64,000 nucleotides of DNA from Faecousia sp. (GCA_045577435.1 JAZNIL010000061.1:583-64582); one strand, 5' to 3'. Shown: positions 51,572 to 61,215, counted from the first letter of the stretch. Notes: a model not told the origin generated them from the sequence alone. Program-made: numbers and translations.

Positions 51572-53221
51572 ATGAAACAGACCAAATGGTTTAAAGACCG
51601 GGTCTTTTACCAAATCTGGCCCCGCAGCTTTAAAGACGGCAACGGCGACGGTATGGGTGACCTGTGGGGTGTGTGCGAAAAGCTGGATTACATCAAGTCT
51701 TTGGGCTGCGACGGTATCTGGTTCTCTCCCCTGTACCCTTCCCCCGGCGCTGACTGTGGGTATGACATTGCCGATTATATGGACATCGCCCCGGAATTTG
51801 GCGGGATGGAGGCTTTCCGGGAGTTGCTGACCAAAGCCCATGCCCGGGACATTAAGGTCATCATGGATCTTGTGGTGAATCACACCAGCGACGAACATGA
51901 ATGGTTCCAAAAAAGCCGCCGCAGAATTGAACCCTATACAGATTACTACATCTGGCGACCCGGTGAACTGGGAGGAAAGCTGCCCAACAACTGGGATTCC
52001 AATTTCGAGGGTAAGGCCTGGACCTATGACCAGGTTCGCGGCGAGTATTACCTGCACCTGTTTGCGGTAAAGCAGCCGGATCTGAATATGGACAATCCCC
52101 TTGTGCGGGAAGAAGTGAAAAAAATCCTGCGTTTCTGGCTGGATATGGGGGTGGATGGTTTCCGGGAGGATGTGATCACCTACATATCAAAAAAAGAAGG
52201 GCTTCCCAATGACTACCTCTTCCCCATCTACAAGGGCATGCCCAACTATAACCACGGCCCTCACATCCATGAATACCTGATGGAGTTCAAACGGGATGTG
52301 CTGGACCACTATGACTGCGTTACCTTGGCGGAAGCGCCTCTGGTTTCTCCCAAGATGGCGCTGAGCTATATCCAGGACGACCACACCGGCCAGATTGACA
52401 TGATGATTCAGTTCCAATGCCAGTGCGCCGACTGTCTGTTTACCGATTATCTGCCCACCAAGTTCCATCTGCGGAAACTGAAACGGGCGTTCTCCTCCTG
52501 GCAGTACAAGCTCCGGGATAAGGCGTGGAATATGCTCTATATGGAAAACCACGACCATCCCCGGATCATTTCCCGGTACGGCAGCGAGCAGTACTGGGAG
52601 CAAAGCGGTAAGGCGCTGGCTGCCAGCTACCTGTTCCAGCAGGGCACGCCCTTTATCTATCAGGGTCAGGAAATTGGCATGACCAACTGGCGTCCGGAGG
52701 ATCCGGACATGTATGAGGACGTGCAGACCCGGTGGCAGTACGCCAACACCGCTCTGAAGAAAACGCCCCAGCAGCGGCTGCAGCGTATGTGGCGTTCCTC
52801 CAGAGACAGCGCCAGAACCCCTGTGCAATGGGACAGCTCGCCAAATGCCGGCTTCACCACCGGTACACCTTGGTTTTATGTAAACCAAAACTATAGGCAA
52901 ATCAATGTAGCCGCCCAGCAGGAGGACCCCAATTCCCTGCTGAACTTCTACCGCAAGGCCATCCGTCTGCGTAAGGAGCTGCCGGTTGTAAAAGAAGGCG
53001 TGTACAAAGAGCTCTTCCCCCTCAGCGGAGAGCTGTATGTGTACAGCCGCCAGATGCCCGGGCAGAAACTGTTGGTGGTCTGTTCCTTTACACACAAGAC
53101 CTGCCGGCTGCGTGTTCCAAAATCCTTTGATCTGACCAAAGCAGAGCTGATCCTGTGCAACTACGAAGATGTCTCCGGCAGCACACTTAGACCCTACGAA
53201 TGCAGAGTGTATCTGTGGTAA
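51572..53221 (+). CDS. Alpha-glucosidase/oligo-1,6-glucosidase, GH13
   Basis: YQIWPRSF, DLVVNHTS, QPDLN, DGFREDV, ENHD, YQGQEIG, SRDSARTP. Confidence 0.93.
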   Translation: MKQTKWFKDRVFYQIWPRSFKDGNGDGMGDLWGVCEKLDYIKSLGCDGIWFSPLYPSPGADCGYDIADYMDIAPEFGGMEAFRELLTKAHARDIKVIMDLVVNHTSDEHEWFQKSRRRIEPYTDYYIWRPGELGGKLPNNWDSNFEGKAWTYDQVRGEYYLHLFAVKQPDLNMDNPLVREEVKKILRFWLDMGVDGFREDVITYISKKEGLPNDYLFPIYKGMPNYNHGPHIHEYLMEFKRDVLDHYDCVTLAEAPLVSPKMALSYIQDDHTGQIDMMIQFQCQCADCLFTDYLPTKFHLRKLKRAFSSWQYKLRDKAWNMLYMENHDHPRIISRYGSEQYWEQSGKALAASYLFQQGTPFIYQGQEIGMTNWRPEDPDMYEDVQTRWQYANTALKKTPQQRLQRMWRSSRDSARTPVQWDSSPNAGFTTGTPWFYVNQNYRQINVAAQQEDPNSLLNFYRKAIRLRKELPVVKEGVYKELFPLSGELYVYSRQMPGQKLLVVCSFTHKTCRLRVPKSFDLTKAELILCNYEDVSGSTLRPYECRVYLW

Positions 53222-53223
53222 AC

Positions 53224-53258
53224 AAAAAAGACAGGGAGCAATTACCCCCTGTCTTTTT
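53224..53258. terminator. Bidirectional terminator
   Basis: AAAAAAGACAGGG...CCCTGTCTTTTT. Confidence 0.82.
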
Positions 53259-53261
53259 GAA

Positions 53262-54515
53262 TTACTTAGCCATTTTCTGTTCGATTTCCTCTACTGTCTT
53301 TAATAGATCACAGGAAAGATCCACGCAGCCATCCTCCGTAATGAGCAAGTTGTTTTCGATTCGGATGCCAATGGCTTCATCTTCCACATACAGCCCCGGC
53401 TCTACAGTGATCACCATACCGGGCTGCAGCGTGCGCTCCCGCTCCGTGCAAATATCATGGGTATCCAGACCAAGATGGTGGCTCACGCTGTGGTAGTAGT
53501 AATCCCTTACGGTCTTTCCGTCCTTCCGCAGACCCAAATCATCCAGGCGGCTTTCATAATAATCCACAACCATCTGGTTCAGCTGCCGGGTGGTTACACC
53601 GGGGCGGGCATTTTCTATGACGATCCGCTGGGCTTCTAGAACGGTATTGTACAATTCCTTCTGCCGGGGTGTAAATTTTCCGTTCACCGGAAAAGTGCGG
53701 GAAATATCGGCACAGTAGTTGCCCCAGGCCGCTCCTAGGTCGATCAGAACCAGTTCTCCATCGTTTACAACCTGATTATTATCCGAATAATGCAGCGTGG
53801 TTGCCCGCACACCGCCGGCAACAATGCTGGTGAAGGCATGCTGACGGACACACTGCTTTCTCAGAGAGAAGTCGAATGCGCCCTCGATCTCGCTTTCGTT
53901 CATACCGGGACGGGCATATTCCAGCATAGCTTCCACTGCAATACGGGTGGCCTCCTGAGCTTTGCGCATTTCGGCCAGTTCTTCCTCGCCCTTAATTGCC
54001 CGCATAGCCGCCATGTCCCCGTAAATTTCCTCAATGCCCACAGCCGGATACCGACTCTGCAGTTTTGCCGCAAGGGTATGGGCAGGTGTATCCGCCTGGT
54101 CCTTGTGATAGCGCCACAGGTCAAGGTACACTGTCAGCTTTCCAAGGCCCCGGTTGCTCTCCACCATAGCGTTCAGGCGGCTGTCAAACTCCTCCAAAGG
54201 CAGCACTGTCTCGATACCCGATATTTCCGTTGCCTCAACGCTGCGCATACGGCCGCCCACCCATTTGGCAAGCACTTCATCATAGGGTTCAATGTACAAT
54301 TCCTCGCTGTATGCCCCGGAAAAGCTCTTTTTCATTACCAGAATCATATTCTCCCGCTGTATACCGGTAAGATAGAAAAAATTTCGGTCCGCAGCAAAGG
54401 GATATGCCTCGTCAAGAGACTTCATGGGTGCGCTTCCCGAGAATACACACACCATGCAGGGGCCGTTTTTATGTTCCAGCAAAGCCTTCCGGCGCTTGGC
54501 GTAGATTTGGCGCAT
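53262..54515 (-). CDS. pepP: Xaa-Pro aminopeptidase (aminopeptidase P)
   Basis: NFFYLTG, TLHY, IDLG, DISRTFP, HHLGLDTHD, TVEPGLY, GIRIE. Confidence 0.92.
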   Translation of the reverse strand: MRQIYAKRRKALLEHKNGPCMVCVFSGSAPMKSLDEAYPFAADRNFFYLTGIQRENMILVMKKSFSGAYSEELYIEPYDEVLAKWVGGRMRSVEATEISGIETVLPLEEFDSRLNAMVESNRGLGKLTVYLDLWRYHKDQADTPAHTLAAKLQSRYPAVGIEEIYGDMAAMRAIKGEEELAEMRKAQEATRIAVEAMLEYARPGMNESEIEGAFDFSLRKQCVRQHAFTSIVAGGVRATTLHYSDNNQVVNDGELVLIDLGAAWGNYCADISRTFPVNGKFTPRQKELYNTVLEAQRIVIENARPGVTTRQLNQMVVDYYESRLDDLGLRKDGKTVRDYYYHSVSHHLGLDTHDICTERERTLQPGMVITVEPGLYVEDEAIGIRIENNLLITEDGCVDLSCDLLKTVEEIEQKMAK

Positions 54516-54631
54516 AGGGTTATTCCTCCAGATCTTATAGGATTCAAATTTACATAGCTGTTTACCCAATTATTATAATTCACCGGAGCTTCCATTGCAA
54601 CCTTACAAACAAAAAACGTAAAAAAGAAGTT

Positions 54632-54648
54632 TTTCGAAAAATGTCGAA
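54632..54648 (+). promoter_or_regulatory. Tandem 0A-box-like sites upstream of the Spo0A paralog
   Basis: TTTCGAA-AAA-TGTCGAA (the second is a perfect 0A box) at 10 bp spacing, about 20 bp upstream of a TTGCCA...TGCTATTGT promoter candidate. Confidence 0.6.
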
Positions 54649-54730
54649 AAAATACCCTATGCTTTCAGTTGCCAAACGCTGCCTATCTGTGCTATTGTAT
54701 TGTCATCTTTTGAGGAAAGGGCGCATATAT

Positions 54731-55420
54731 ATGCTGAAAATGCTGATCGTGGATAGTTCCGTTCCATTTACACAGGCTCTCGTAAACGTCTTTAAGCGGG
54801 AATTTGATATCTGTGTCTGCATGGATGGGGAAACCGCCCTGGAAACCCTCCTCAGCTTCCGTCCTGAGATTTTGATTTTGAATCTACAGATCCCCTATAA
54901 AGACGGACTTACCCTCCTGCAGGAAACCGCCTATCTTCCGCCCCACATCCTGGTAATCACCTCTTATGTAAATACCTATATAGAACACGCCTGTGCTGAC
55001 TTAGGGGTATCCTATGTAATGCTCTGTCCGGCAGTAAGCGTGCTGCGGGTTCGGGTTATGGACATGCTCCGTCAGCAAATCACCGCCGGTCAGCCCGGCA
55101 ACTTGTCTGCCTCTGTGGCAACCCACCTGCACATTTTAAACTTTAAGACCAGCATGGACGGTTATCAGCAGCTATGTGCTGCCATCCCTTTGTTCTACGC
55201 CGATCCCCACCAGCGTCTCACCAAGGAATTATACCCGGCTGTGGCGGTGCAGTGCGGCAACAAGGACGGCCGTTCTGTGGAACACTCCATCCGCAAAGCC
55301 ATCCGGTCAGCATGGATCGCAAGGGATGCCGCTGTGTGGTGCAAATACTTTCCCGATATCAAGGAATGTCCTACCAACAAATTGTTTATCTCCCGGATCA
55401 CACAGATGCTCAATCTATAA
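54731..55420 (+). CDS. Spo0A-like transcription factor: degenerate receiver plus Spo0A C-terminal domain
   Basis: C-terminus GYQQL..AI, LTKELYPAVA, SVEHSIRKAI..AW, PTNKLFI parallels Spo0A GYxYL, ITKxLYP, RVERAIRHAI, PTNSEFI; N-terminus has a receiver-like pattern. Confidence 0.85.
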   Translation: MLKMLIVDSSVPFTQALVNVFKREFDICVCMDGETALETLLSFRPEILILNLQIPYKDGLTLLQETAYLPPHILVITSYVNTYIEHACADLGVSYVMLCPAVSVLRVRVMDMLRQQITAGQPGNLSASVATHLHILNFKTSMDGYQQLCAAIPLFYADPHQRLTKELYPAVAVQCGNKDGRSVEHSIRKAIRSAWIARDAAVWCKYFPDIKECPTNKLFISRITQMLNL

Positions 55421-55539
55421 AGCGCCCGTCTCCTCTCATACCGGCAATCATAGTTATTTAGGATTTCCTGTGGGGAGAATCACGCCCGCAGGCGGTCACT
55501 GACCACACCTACATACATATGGTGTAGACACTTATATAA

Positions 55540-55579
55540 TTTATGGGGCTGTTGCAAAACAAAGCAACAGCCCCATAAA
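55540..55579. terminator. Bidirectional terminator
   Basis: TTTATGGGGCTGTTGC...GCAACAGCCCCATAAA between convergent genes. Confidence 0.85.
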
Positions 55580-55582
55580 TAA

Positions 55583-58084
55583 TTAAGAAAAGGCAGGATA
55601 AATCCCCTCTTTCTCACACTCCAGAAGAATTTTTCCCTCTTTCACCGTGATATCGAAATAAACCACTTCCTTTGACTCACCGGAGCCCTCCCCTTTGATT
55701 CTCAATAAGTTGTCATCTGTGATAGCAAAGGAAAGATTGTAATGTCCAGTGAGTATATAAGTGCCCTTGTATTGGGATTGCGTATCTGAAGTCTCAGTGG
55801 GTGAGACGTTTAGACAAAAAGAGAATAATCCGGAGGTAGGCCCGTGGGTAAGGGTACACAGCTCGGCCTTACCGTCACTATCAATGTCATAGGATATGGA
55901 ATCAATAATTGGACTAAAGGCAGATTCCAGGCCTGCCTGTGTACTCCCACCAGGCTGTGCGGAGGCAGCAGATTCCAAATTTTCTAGATGCTCTGTGGCG
56001 GTTTCCCAGCAATGATTCAGCAATTGTTCCGCATATTTCTCTTCGTTTGCTCCAACCTGCTCCGAAGCGGAAACAAACTTCTTCATCAATTTCTCATCAT
56101 AGTGAATAGACAGGGAAGGATCACGGTAATCTTTGAGTGCATATTCTCCTGTTTCGTCAACAGCAAAGGTGATAATTGCCTGTCCGTAAGTGCCACTGTG
56201 CTCTTCAAGCTGTTCACCCTCAACAGTAAAGCGCAGATTGAGATAATATACAAAAACGGTTTCTTCCTGCACGCGCGCCTTCTGCCCGGCAGAAGATGTT
56301 CCGCCGACAACTTCATTTGCCAAGATAATATGACTTTCCGTATTAAACAGGCCATCAGGTTTCTCGTTTTCATTATGGTCTAAAATAGCAGCCGAAATCG
56401 CGGCATCCAGTTTTGATTCAGGCTTTACCACAAGGTTATTATCCCCGTCCACCCCAATGCCATTTCCGGAAGCATTGTGCCGGGAAATAAATTCTGTCAC
56501 CCCGTCATCACGGATATCCATTTTTTGGCTCAAATCATCCGCTAATGTCAGATAGATATACATTGGGTCGCTATCCGGGCCGCTGCCGCCAATCCAAACC
56601 TCAAAAAGCCCATTGATTTCGTACACCCGGATATACAGTCCTGAGCCGGTTTCGTAGTAATTGAATTGGTCAAAGTCAGACCAGCCTAGATCATAGCCCT
56701 TTTGGGAGAGCGTAATCACATCGTTGAGCGAAAGATTGCCCGGTGTAATGGTAATATTATTGGGATCATCCGCACCACCAACATAGGAAGCGGTAAAGTT
56801 GTAATCCAAAAGCAGTTCCTTTGCTGTTGCTGGATTTGTAACACGGTGGGTCAGGGAGGGTTTTACATGGTTGTCCACCCAGAATTGGGTGAAGTTTTCA
56901 TTAAAGTTCAGGTCGGTATTCCCGTTGACCTTTATGCTAAAAGCCCTGCTTCGATCCTCCGACCTATTCCGGGAGACCGGTTCTTTACTGACTTTTATTT
57001 TCTCTATTGTTGCAAGGAAGCGGTTTATCTCCGCCTTTTCAGCGCAGGATACACTGACCCCCTGGTAAGTCACAGTCATGCTGCCAACCTCATCCAAAAT
57101 ACCGGGCATATTCGCTTCCTCCCATTGGAGCTTGCTTAAGCTGATCCGATCCATAGGATCGGTGAGGAAGCATGCAGCAACGGCCATACAGATAATAACC
57201 GCAGCAACTATGATCCAGAATGCCGGTTTCTTGTAATTCATCACGGATTTCACCCGGGCCTTTACCCCCACCTCTCCAAAAGCAAGAGGACAGGCCGCAA
57301 TGCTGCGGCGGCTGACACTGCAGGCAACCAGAGCCTCCGTATAGTCAGCTTTGGCTTCGTTGTCCATCGCCTTAATGACCTTTTCATCGCAGGCTAATTC
57401 AATATCTCTGCACAGCAGGACGTAGCCAAGCCATATGAACGGATTGAACCAATGGAGCGCCAGCAGCAGGAAACCAAAAGGCTTCCACCAGTGGTCTTTA
57501 CGGCGGATATGGGACTGTTCATGAGCAATCACATGTGCCAAATTCTCACCGTCCATCTGGAAGGGCAGATAGATCTTCGGCTTGATAATACCCAGCACAA
57601 AGGGAGATACCACATTTTCACTCTGGTAGACATTATTTCTCAGTAGGACCGCTGTGGCAATTTTGCGCCGTAACAGAATATAGCTGACTGCGGTATAAAT
57701 CAGCATGGCCACAATACCGGCAATCCACAGGGCGGCTGCCAGAGGAATCCAGATCTGCAATGGGTTGGCGCTTGCTCCCGGATCCGGTGTAAAGGACTCA
57801 GAAAAGATAGGATTGATTACACTGTTCAGCGCGGCAATACCGGTATAGACCTCCGGGCTGGGATCCATCATAATTTCCGGGCTGATGGTTTCCGCACTGG
57901 GGATTAAGCTCAGCATGCTCTCAAAAGAGATTGGACAGATCAGCCGGACAGCCACAAAGCCCCAGAGAAGGACACTAACCCACTTGGGCGCTTTTTTCAG
58001 GATAACCCTGGCAAGCAACACCGCAAGCACAAGCCAGCTTGCCGATATGCTCATGTTAACCACCTTTAAGAAAAACCCGCTCAT
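55583..58084 (-). CDS. BlaR1/MecR1-type M56 metallopeptidase sensor with large non-PBP extracellular region
   Basis: SPFVLGIIKPKIYLP, HEQSH, HWFNP, DIELACDE, KARVK; about 520 aa C-terminal region with no recognisable penicillin-binding domain. Confidence 0.92.
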   Translation of the reverse strand: MSGFFLKVVNMSISASWLVLAVLLARVILKKAPKWVSVLLWGFVAVRLICPISFESMLSLIPSAETISPEIMMDPSPEVYTGIAALNSVINPIFSESFTPDPGASANPLQIWIPLAAALWIAGIVAMLIYTAVSYILLRRKIATAVLLRNNVYQSENVVSPFVLGIIKPKIYLPFQMDGENLAHVIAHEQSHIRRKDHWWKPFGFLLLALHWFNPFIWLGYVLLCRDIELACDEKVIKAMDNEAKADYTEALVACSVSRRSIAACPLAFGEVGVKARVKSVMNYKKPAFWIIVAAVIICMAVAACFLTDPMDRISLSKLQWEEANMPGILDEVGSMTVTYQGVSVSCAEKAEINRFLATIEKIKVSKEPVSRNRSEDRSRAFSIKVNGNTDLNFNENFTQFWVDNHVKPSLTHRVTNPATAKELLLDYNFTASYVGGADDPNNITITPGNLSLNDVITLSQKGYDLGWSDFDQFNYYETGSGLYIRVYEINGLFEVWIGGSGPDSDPMYIYLTLADDLSQKMDIRDDGVTEFISRHNASGNGIGVDGDNNLVVKPESKLDAAISAAILDHNENEKPDGLFNTESHIILANEVVGGTSSAGQKARVQEETVFVYYLNLRFTVEGEQLEEHSGTYGQAIITFAVDETGEYALKDYRDPSLSIHYDEKLMKKFVSASEQVGANEEKYAEQLLNHCWETATEHLENLESAASAQPGGSTQAGLESAFSPIIDSISYDIDSDGKAELCTLTHGPTSGLFSFCLNVSPTETSDTQSQYKGTYILTGHYNLSFAITDDNLLRIKGEGSGESKEVVYFDITVKEGKILLECEKEGIYPAFS

Positions 58085-58452
58085 GCCCGGCCTCCTTTCC
58101 GGATACGGTCGATCATGTGCTGCACTTCGTCCAGTTCTTCACTGGAGATGTCCTGACGTTTGGTAAAGGCGGCGACAAAGGCTGGTAGAGAGCCTTGGAA
58201 CTTTTCTTCCACCAGTTCGTTGATTTCTCTGGCCTGGGCAGCCTCTTTGGAAACCAGGGCAGTGATCGTTCCATTCTGGTTTTTCAGAACCCCACGCTCG
58301 CCCAACCGTTTTATGACGGTATAGGTAGTGGTGCGTTTCCAACCAAGCTGATCCTGGCACAGTTTCACCAGTTCCACCGCCGTTACCGGCGCATGCTCCC
58401 ACATAATCAAACAAAAACGATACTCACTTTCGTGAATCTTGGGTGTGTCCAT
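58081..58452 (-). CDS. BlaI/MecI/CopY family repressor
   Basis: ESEYRFCLIMW, WKRTTTYTVIKRL, FQGSLPAFVAAF; ATGA coupling to the M56 gene; alternative start at 58461. Confidence 0.93.
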   Translation of the reverse strand: MDTPKIHESEYRFCLIMWEHAPVTAVELVKLCQDQLGWKRTTTYTVIKRLGERGVLKNQNGTITALVSKEAAQAREINELVEEKFQGSLPAFVAAFTKRQDISSEELDEVQHMIDRIRKGGRA

Positions 58453-58467
58453 AATATCCATCTCCTT

Positions 58468-58521
58468 GTCTACTGCGTTAGACTACGCTTACAGTCTATA
58501 CCATTAGACAATCTCTGTCAA
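58468..58521 (-). promoter_or_regulatory. Promoter and two BlaI-type operators (GTCTA-N6-TAGAC)
   Basis: TTGACA-17 nt-TAGACT; palindromes at 58468-58483 and 58494-58509, the latter overlapping the -10. Confidence 0.85.
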
Positions 58522-58552
58522 TAGAGTTCACAAAATTGTTACATAGAAAATT

Positions 58553-58582
58553 AAGGATAGAGGCCAAACCGACCCCCATCCT
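58553..58582 (-). terminator. Terminator between the two BlaI/M56 modules
   Basis: Minus strand AAGGATGGGGGTC...GGCCTCTATCCTT followed by AATTTT; stem needs G-U pairs. Confidence 0.6.
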
Positions 58583-58593
58583 TGTCTTTCGGT

Positions 58594-60837
58594 TTATAGT
58601 TCAGCTAGCAGTCTTTGCAACGTGTCCTGCATTGCTTCCCGATTCTCCTTATCTCCAACCACCCGCAGCGTATAGAAAATATTGCCCTCAACCCAGTAGG
58701 CCACTTGGTCACACCAACTGTCATTGTAGTAGCCTGTGTTGTTTGCTATATCCGGAGTCACAACCATTACCGAGATACCCGAGCCAGTGATAGCCTCCTT
58801 GGAATCAAATGCCGCGTAACCCTGTATCGCCATCCCGGTAGTAAAGACATTATCCTGGGCACAGATCGTTGCAGTCAGGGTAATGCGAACATCACCGCTG
58901 TCATATCCGGACCGGATATCAACACGGCTAAGCTCCCGGCCGCTCTTCTGGGTGGCATAGGCTGTGGCTTTTACATGGGTGATGGGCATACTGGGGTTCA
59001 CGCTCTCCATGCCCATATAACCGGTTTTCCCTATCCAGTCAATATACTCCAGGGGATTGGAAACCGCCACACCAATAGCACATTCACATTCACCCCATGT
59101 TTCGGTGTTGATATAAACTACGCCCGGAAGATGACTGGATGCTGCCCGGTCAAACTCCGTCATGTTATCATAGCGTTCCCATTCGGCCCGTATTAAATCA
59201 ACGAGCAGTTCTCCCCTATGGGAAAAATTCGTCTTGGGAAGGGAGACTTCCAGCGTAAACTCCGATGCATCGGATTGCGACGATGTGTCCACAACACGAG
59301 AGGAGCCGGACGTATCTGGACCCACATAACTGGTCAGAAGCTCCTTCACTGCTCCATCTCTTAGATATGTGATTTGGTTTATCCGAATATCAAACCCAAA
59401 CGCGCCTTCTATTTGCTTCAGGGCATCTGTGGAGATATAAAACCAGATACGCTCATCGGAATCCTGTCCCCTGAATTTCACAGCCCTATCCATATTCCCA
59501 TTGCCGGTTCGCAAAATGCCGTCTGCTACACCAGCGGAAAAGGTATAGTCTTCTTGATTGACTGCTAAGGGGTAGATCAGCCTCCCCCCGTCTCTGGGTA
59601 GGTGGTATTCAAACTCAAAATAGAAATATAGATTCTCTGTACCCTCATTTGAGTACCTTGCTCCCTTCAGATAAATCTTGTTAGCACCGTCATTGTAGGC
59701 GATGATCCGTCCATCTTCAAAGACACAACCTTCTTCAGAGTAAATACTGTCCGGAAGATCTGCTGTGGAAAGCGTAAGGGTGATTTCCTTTGTATTCTGG
59801 CTTACAATGGAATAACCGATTTTATTTGTGATTTTCTCAACTCTGCCATAACCGGCTCCATGAGGATCTGTGAGCAGACAGACAGTGACGGCAGCGCAAA
59901 CCATTACGGATACCACAATTACCCAGGTCAATGGCTTTCGCCATTTTGACAGATTCCTGATCCGACCTTTGGCATCTCCCTCGCCAAACGCCAGAGGCGT
60001 TATGGCAATTGTTCTGCGGCCGGTAGCCAGATTCAAAAGGGATGCGGAATAATCGGCCCGGATCTCCTCACCCAGCTTTCTAATAACTGCCTCGTCGCAG
60101 CTCATCTCCATATCTTTGCAGAACAGAAGGTAAGCAGCCCACACCAACGGATTGAACCAGTGCAGCGTCAGTGCCATATACGCAACCAGTTTCACCACAT
60201 GATCCAGCCTGCGGATGTGCTGCTGTTCATGGGCAACAACATAGGTTTGCTCTCCACTGCCCAGCGTGGAAGGAAGATATATCTTCGGCTTAAGGAAACC
60301 CAGAACAAAGGGTGCGTGAATATGGTCCGCAAGATAGATATTGTCCCGGACCGGTGAAGCACCAATCAATTTCTTTCGCAGCTTACAGTAAATTATTACA
60401 CTGTAAACCATTAGCCCGGCGATGCCCATAAGCCATACATACTGACTAAACAGGATCCAAACCTCACCCCAAGAAGCGGTAACGACCCTTGGCATTCCGT
60501 TGTCACCTATCTCATTGGTATATATCTGCTGCACACCCACACCACCATTGAGGGCATCGCCCACTGCCCGGTATGCGGCCATACCAGCGCTAAAGGCGGT
60601 GATGGGCTGATCCTGCAAGGTATAGCTTTCAGAAACGGATTCTATGTCCGGAACAACGCTGATTGTCGCCTCAATGGAGACAGGACAAAGCAGACGGAAC
60701 AGCACCACACCCCATAGCACATAGGAGAAGATCTTCGGGGCACGTTTCAGCAGCAGTCTTACCAGTATAACAATCAAAATGACAAGGCTTGCCTGTACAG
60801 ACATATCCAAGATCTGCATATAAATTCTGTCCAGCAC
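58594..60837 (-). CDS. Second BlaR1-type M56 metallopeptidase sensor
   Basis: APFVLGFLKPKIYLP, HEQQH, HWFNPLVW, DMEMSCDE; GTG start just after the blaI stop; C-terminal region unlike that of the first copy. Confidence 0.92.
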   Translation of the reverse strand: MLDRIYMQILDMSVQASLVILIVILVRLLLKRAPKIFSYVLWGVVLFRLLCPVSIEATISVVPDIESVSESYTLQDQPITAFSAGMAAYRAVGDALNGGVGVQQIYTNEIGDNGMPRVVTASWGEVWILFSQYVWLMGIAGLMVYSVIIYCKLRKKLIGASPVRDNIYLADHIHAPFVLGFLKPKIYLPSTLGSGEQTYVVAHEQQHIRRLDHVVKLVAYMALTLHWFNPLVWAAYLLFCKDMEMSCDEAVIRKLGEEIRADYSASLLNLATGRRTIAITPLAFGEGDAKGRIRNLSKWRKPLTWVIVVSVMVCAAVTVCLLTDPHGAGYGRVEKITNKIGYSIVSQNTKEITLTLSTADLPDSIYSEEGCVFEDGRIIAYNDGANKIYLKGARYSNEGTENLYFYFEFEYHLPRDGGRLIYPLAVNQEDYTFSAGVADGILRTGNGNMDRAVKFRGQDSDERIWFYISTDALKQIEGAFGFDIRINQITYLRDGAVKELLTSYVGPDTSGSSRVVDTSSQSDASEFTLEVSLPKTNFSHRGELLVDLIRAEWERYDNMTEFDRAASSHLPGVVYINTETWGECECAIGVAVSNPLEYIDWIGKTGYMGMESVNPSMPITHVKATAYATQKSGRELSRVDIRSGYDSGDVRITLTATICAQDNVFTTGMAIQGYAAFDSKEAITGSGISVMVVTPDIANNTGYYNDSWCDQVAYWVEGNIFYTLRVVGDKENREAMQDTLQRLLAEL

Positions 60838-60841
60838 ACAA

Positions 60842-61201
60842 TCACCTCCGCATGGCATCAATGACTTTCTTAAGTTCATTGATTTCCTGGTCGGACAGTC
60901 TTTTTCTGCTTCCAAAAGCAGCGAGGAAGGCGGGCAAGGAACCGTCAAAGGTTTCGTCTATAAACTTCTCACTTTGCAGTGCGTGGAATTCTTCCTTAGA
61001 GACCAGCGAGGAGACTGTTCCGTTATGATTCTGGAAGATCCCACGCTCACACAGTCTCTTTAGAATCGTATAAGTGGTGGACTTCTTCCAGGATAATTCC
61101 TTCTCGGCCATTTCTGCAAGAACTCTGGAGTGCAGGGGTTCGTTCTGCCAGATCAGATCGGCAAAGCGGGATTCGATTTCACCCAGTTTCACTTCAACCA
61201 T
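60842..61201 (-). CDS. Second BlaI/MecI/CopY family repressor
   Basis: IESRFADLIW, WKKSTTYTILKRL, FDGSLPAFLAAF. Confidence 0.93.
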   Translation of the reverse strand: MVEVKLGEIESRFADLIWQNEPLHSRVLAEMAEKELSWKKSTTYTILKRLCERGIFQNHNGTVSSLVSKEEFHALQSEKFIDETFDGSLPAFLAAFGSRKRLSDQEINELKKVIDAMRR

Positions 61202-61215
61202 TTTACAACCTCCAT

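Noticed and set aside
54731-55420. Calling this gene the canonical spo0A
   Set aside because: Lacks the phospho-acceptor Asp, the conserved Lys, the canonical recognition helix and the spoIVB context.
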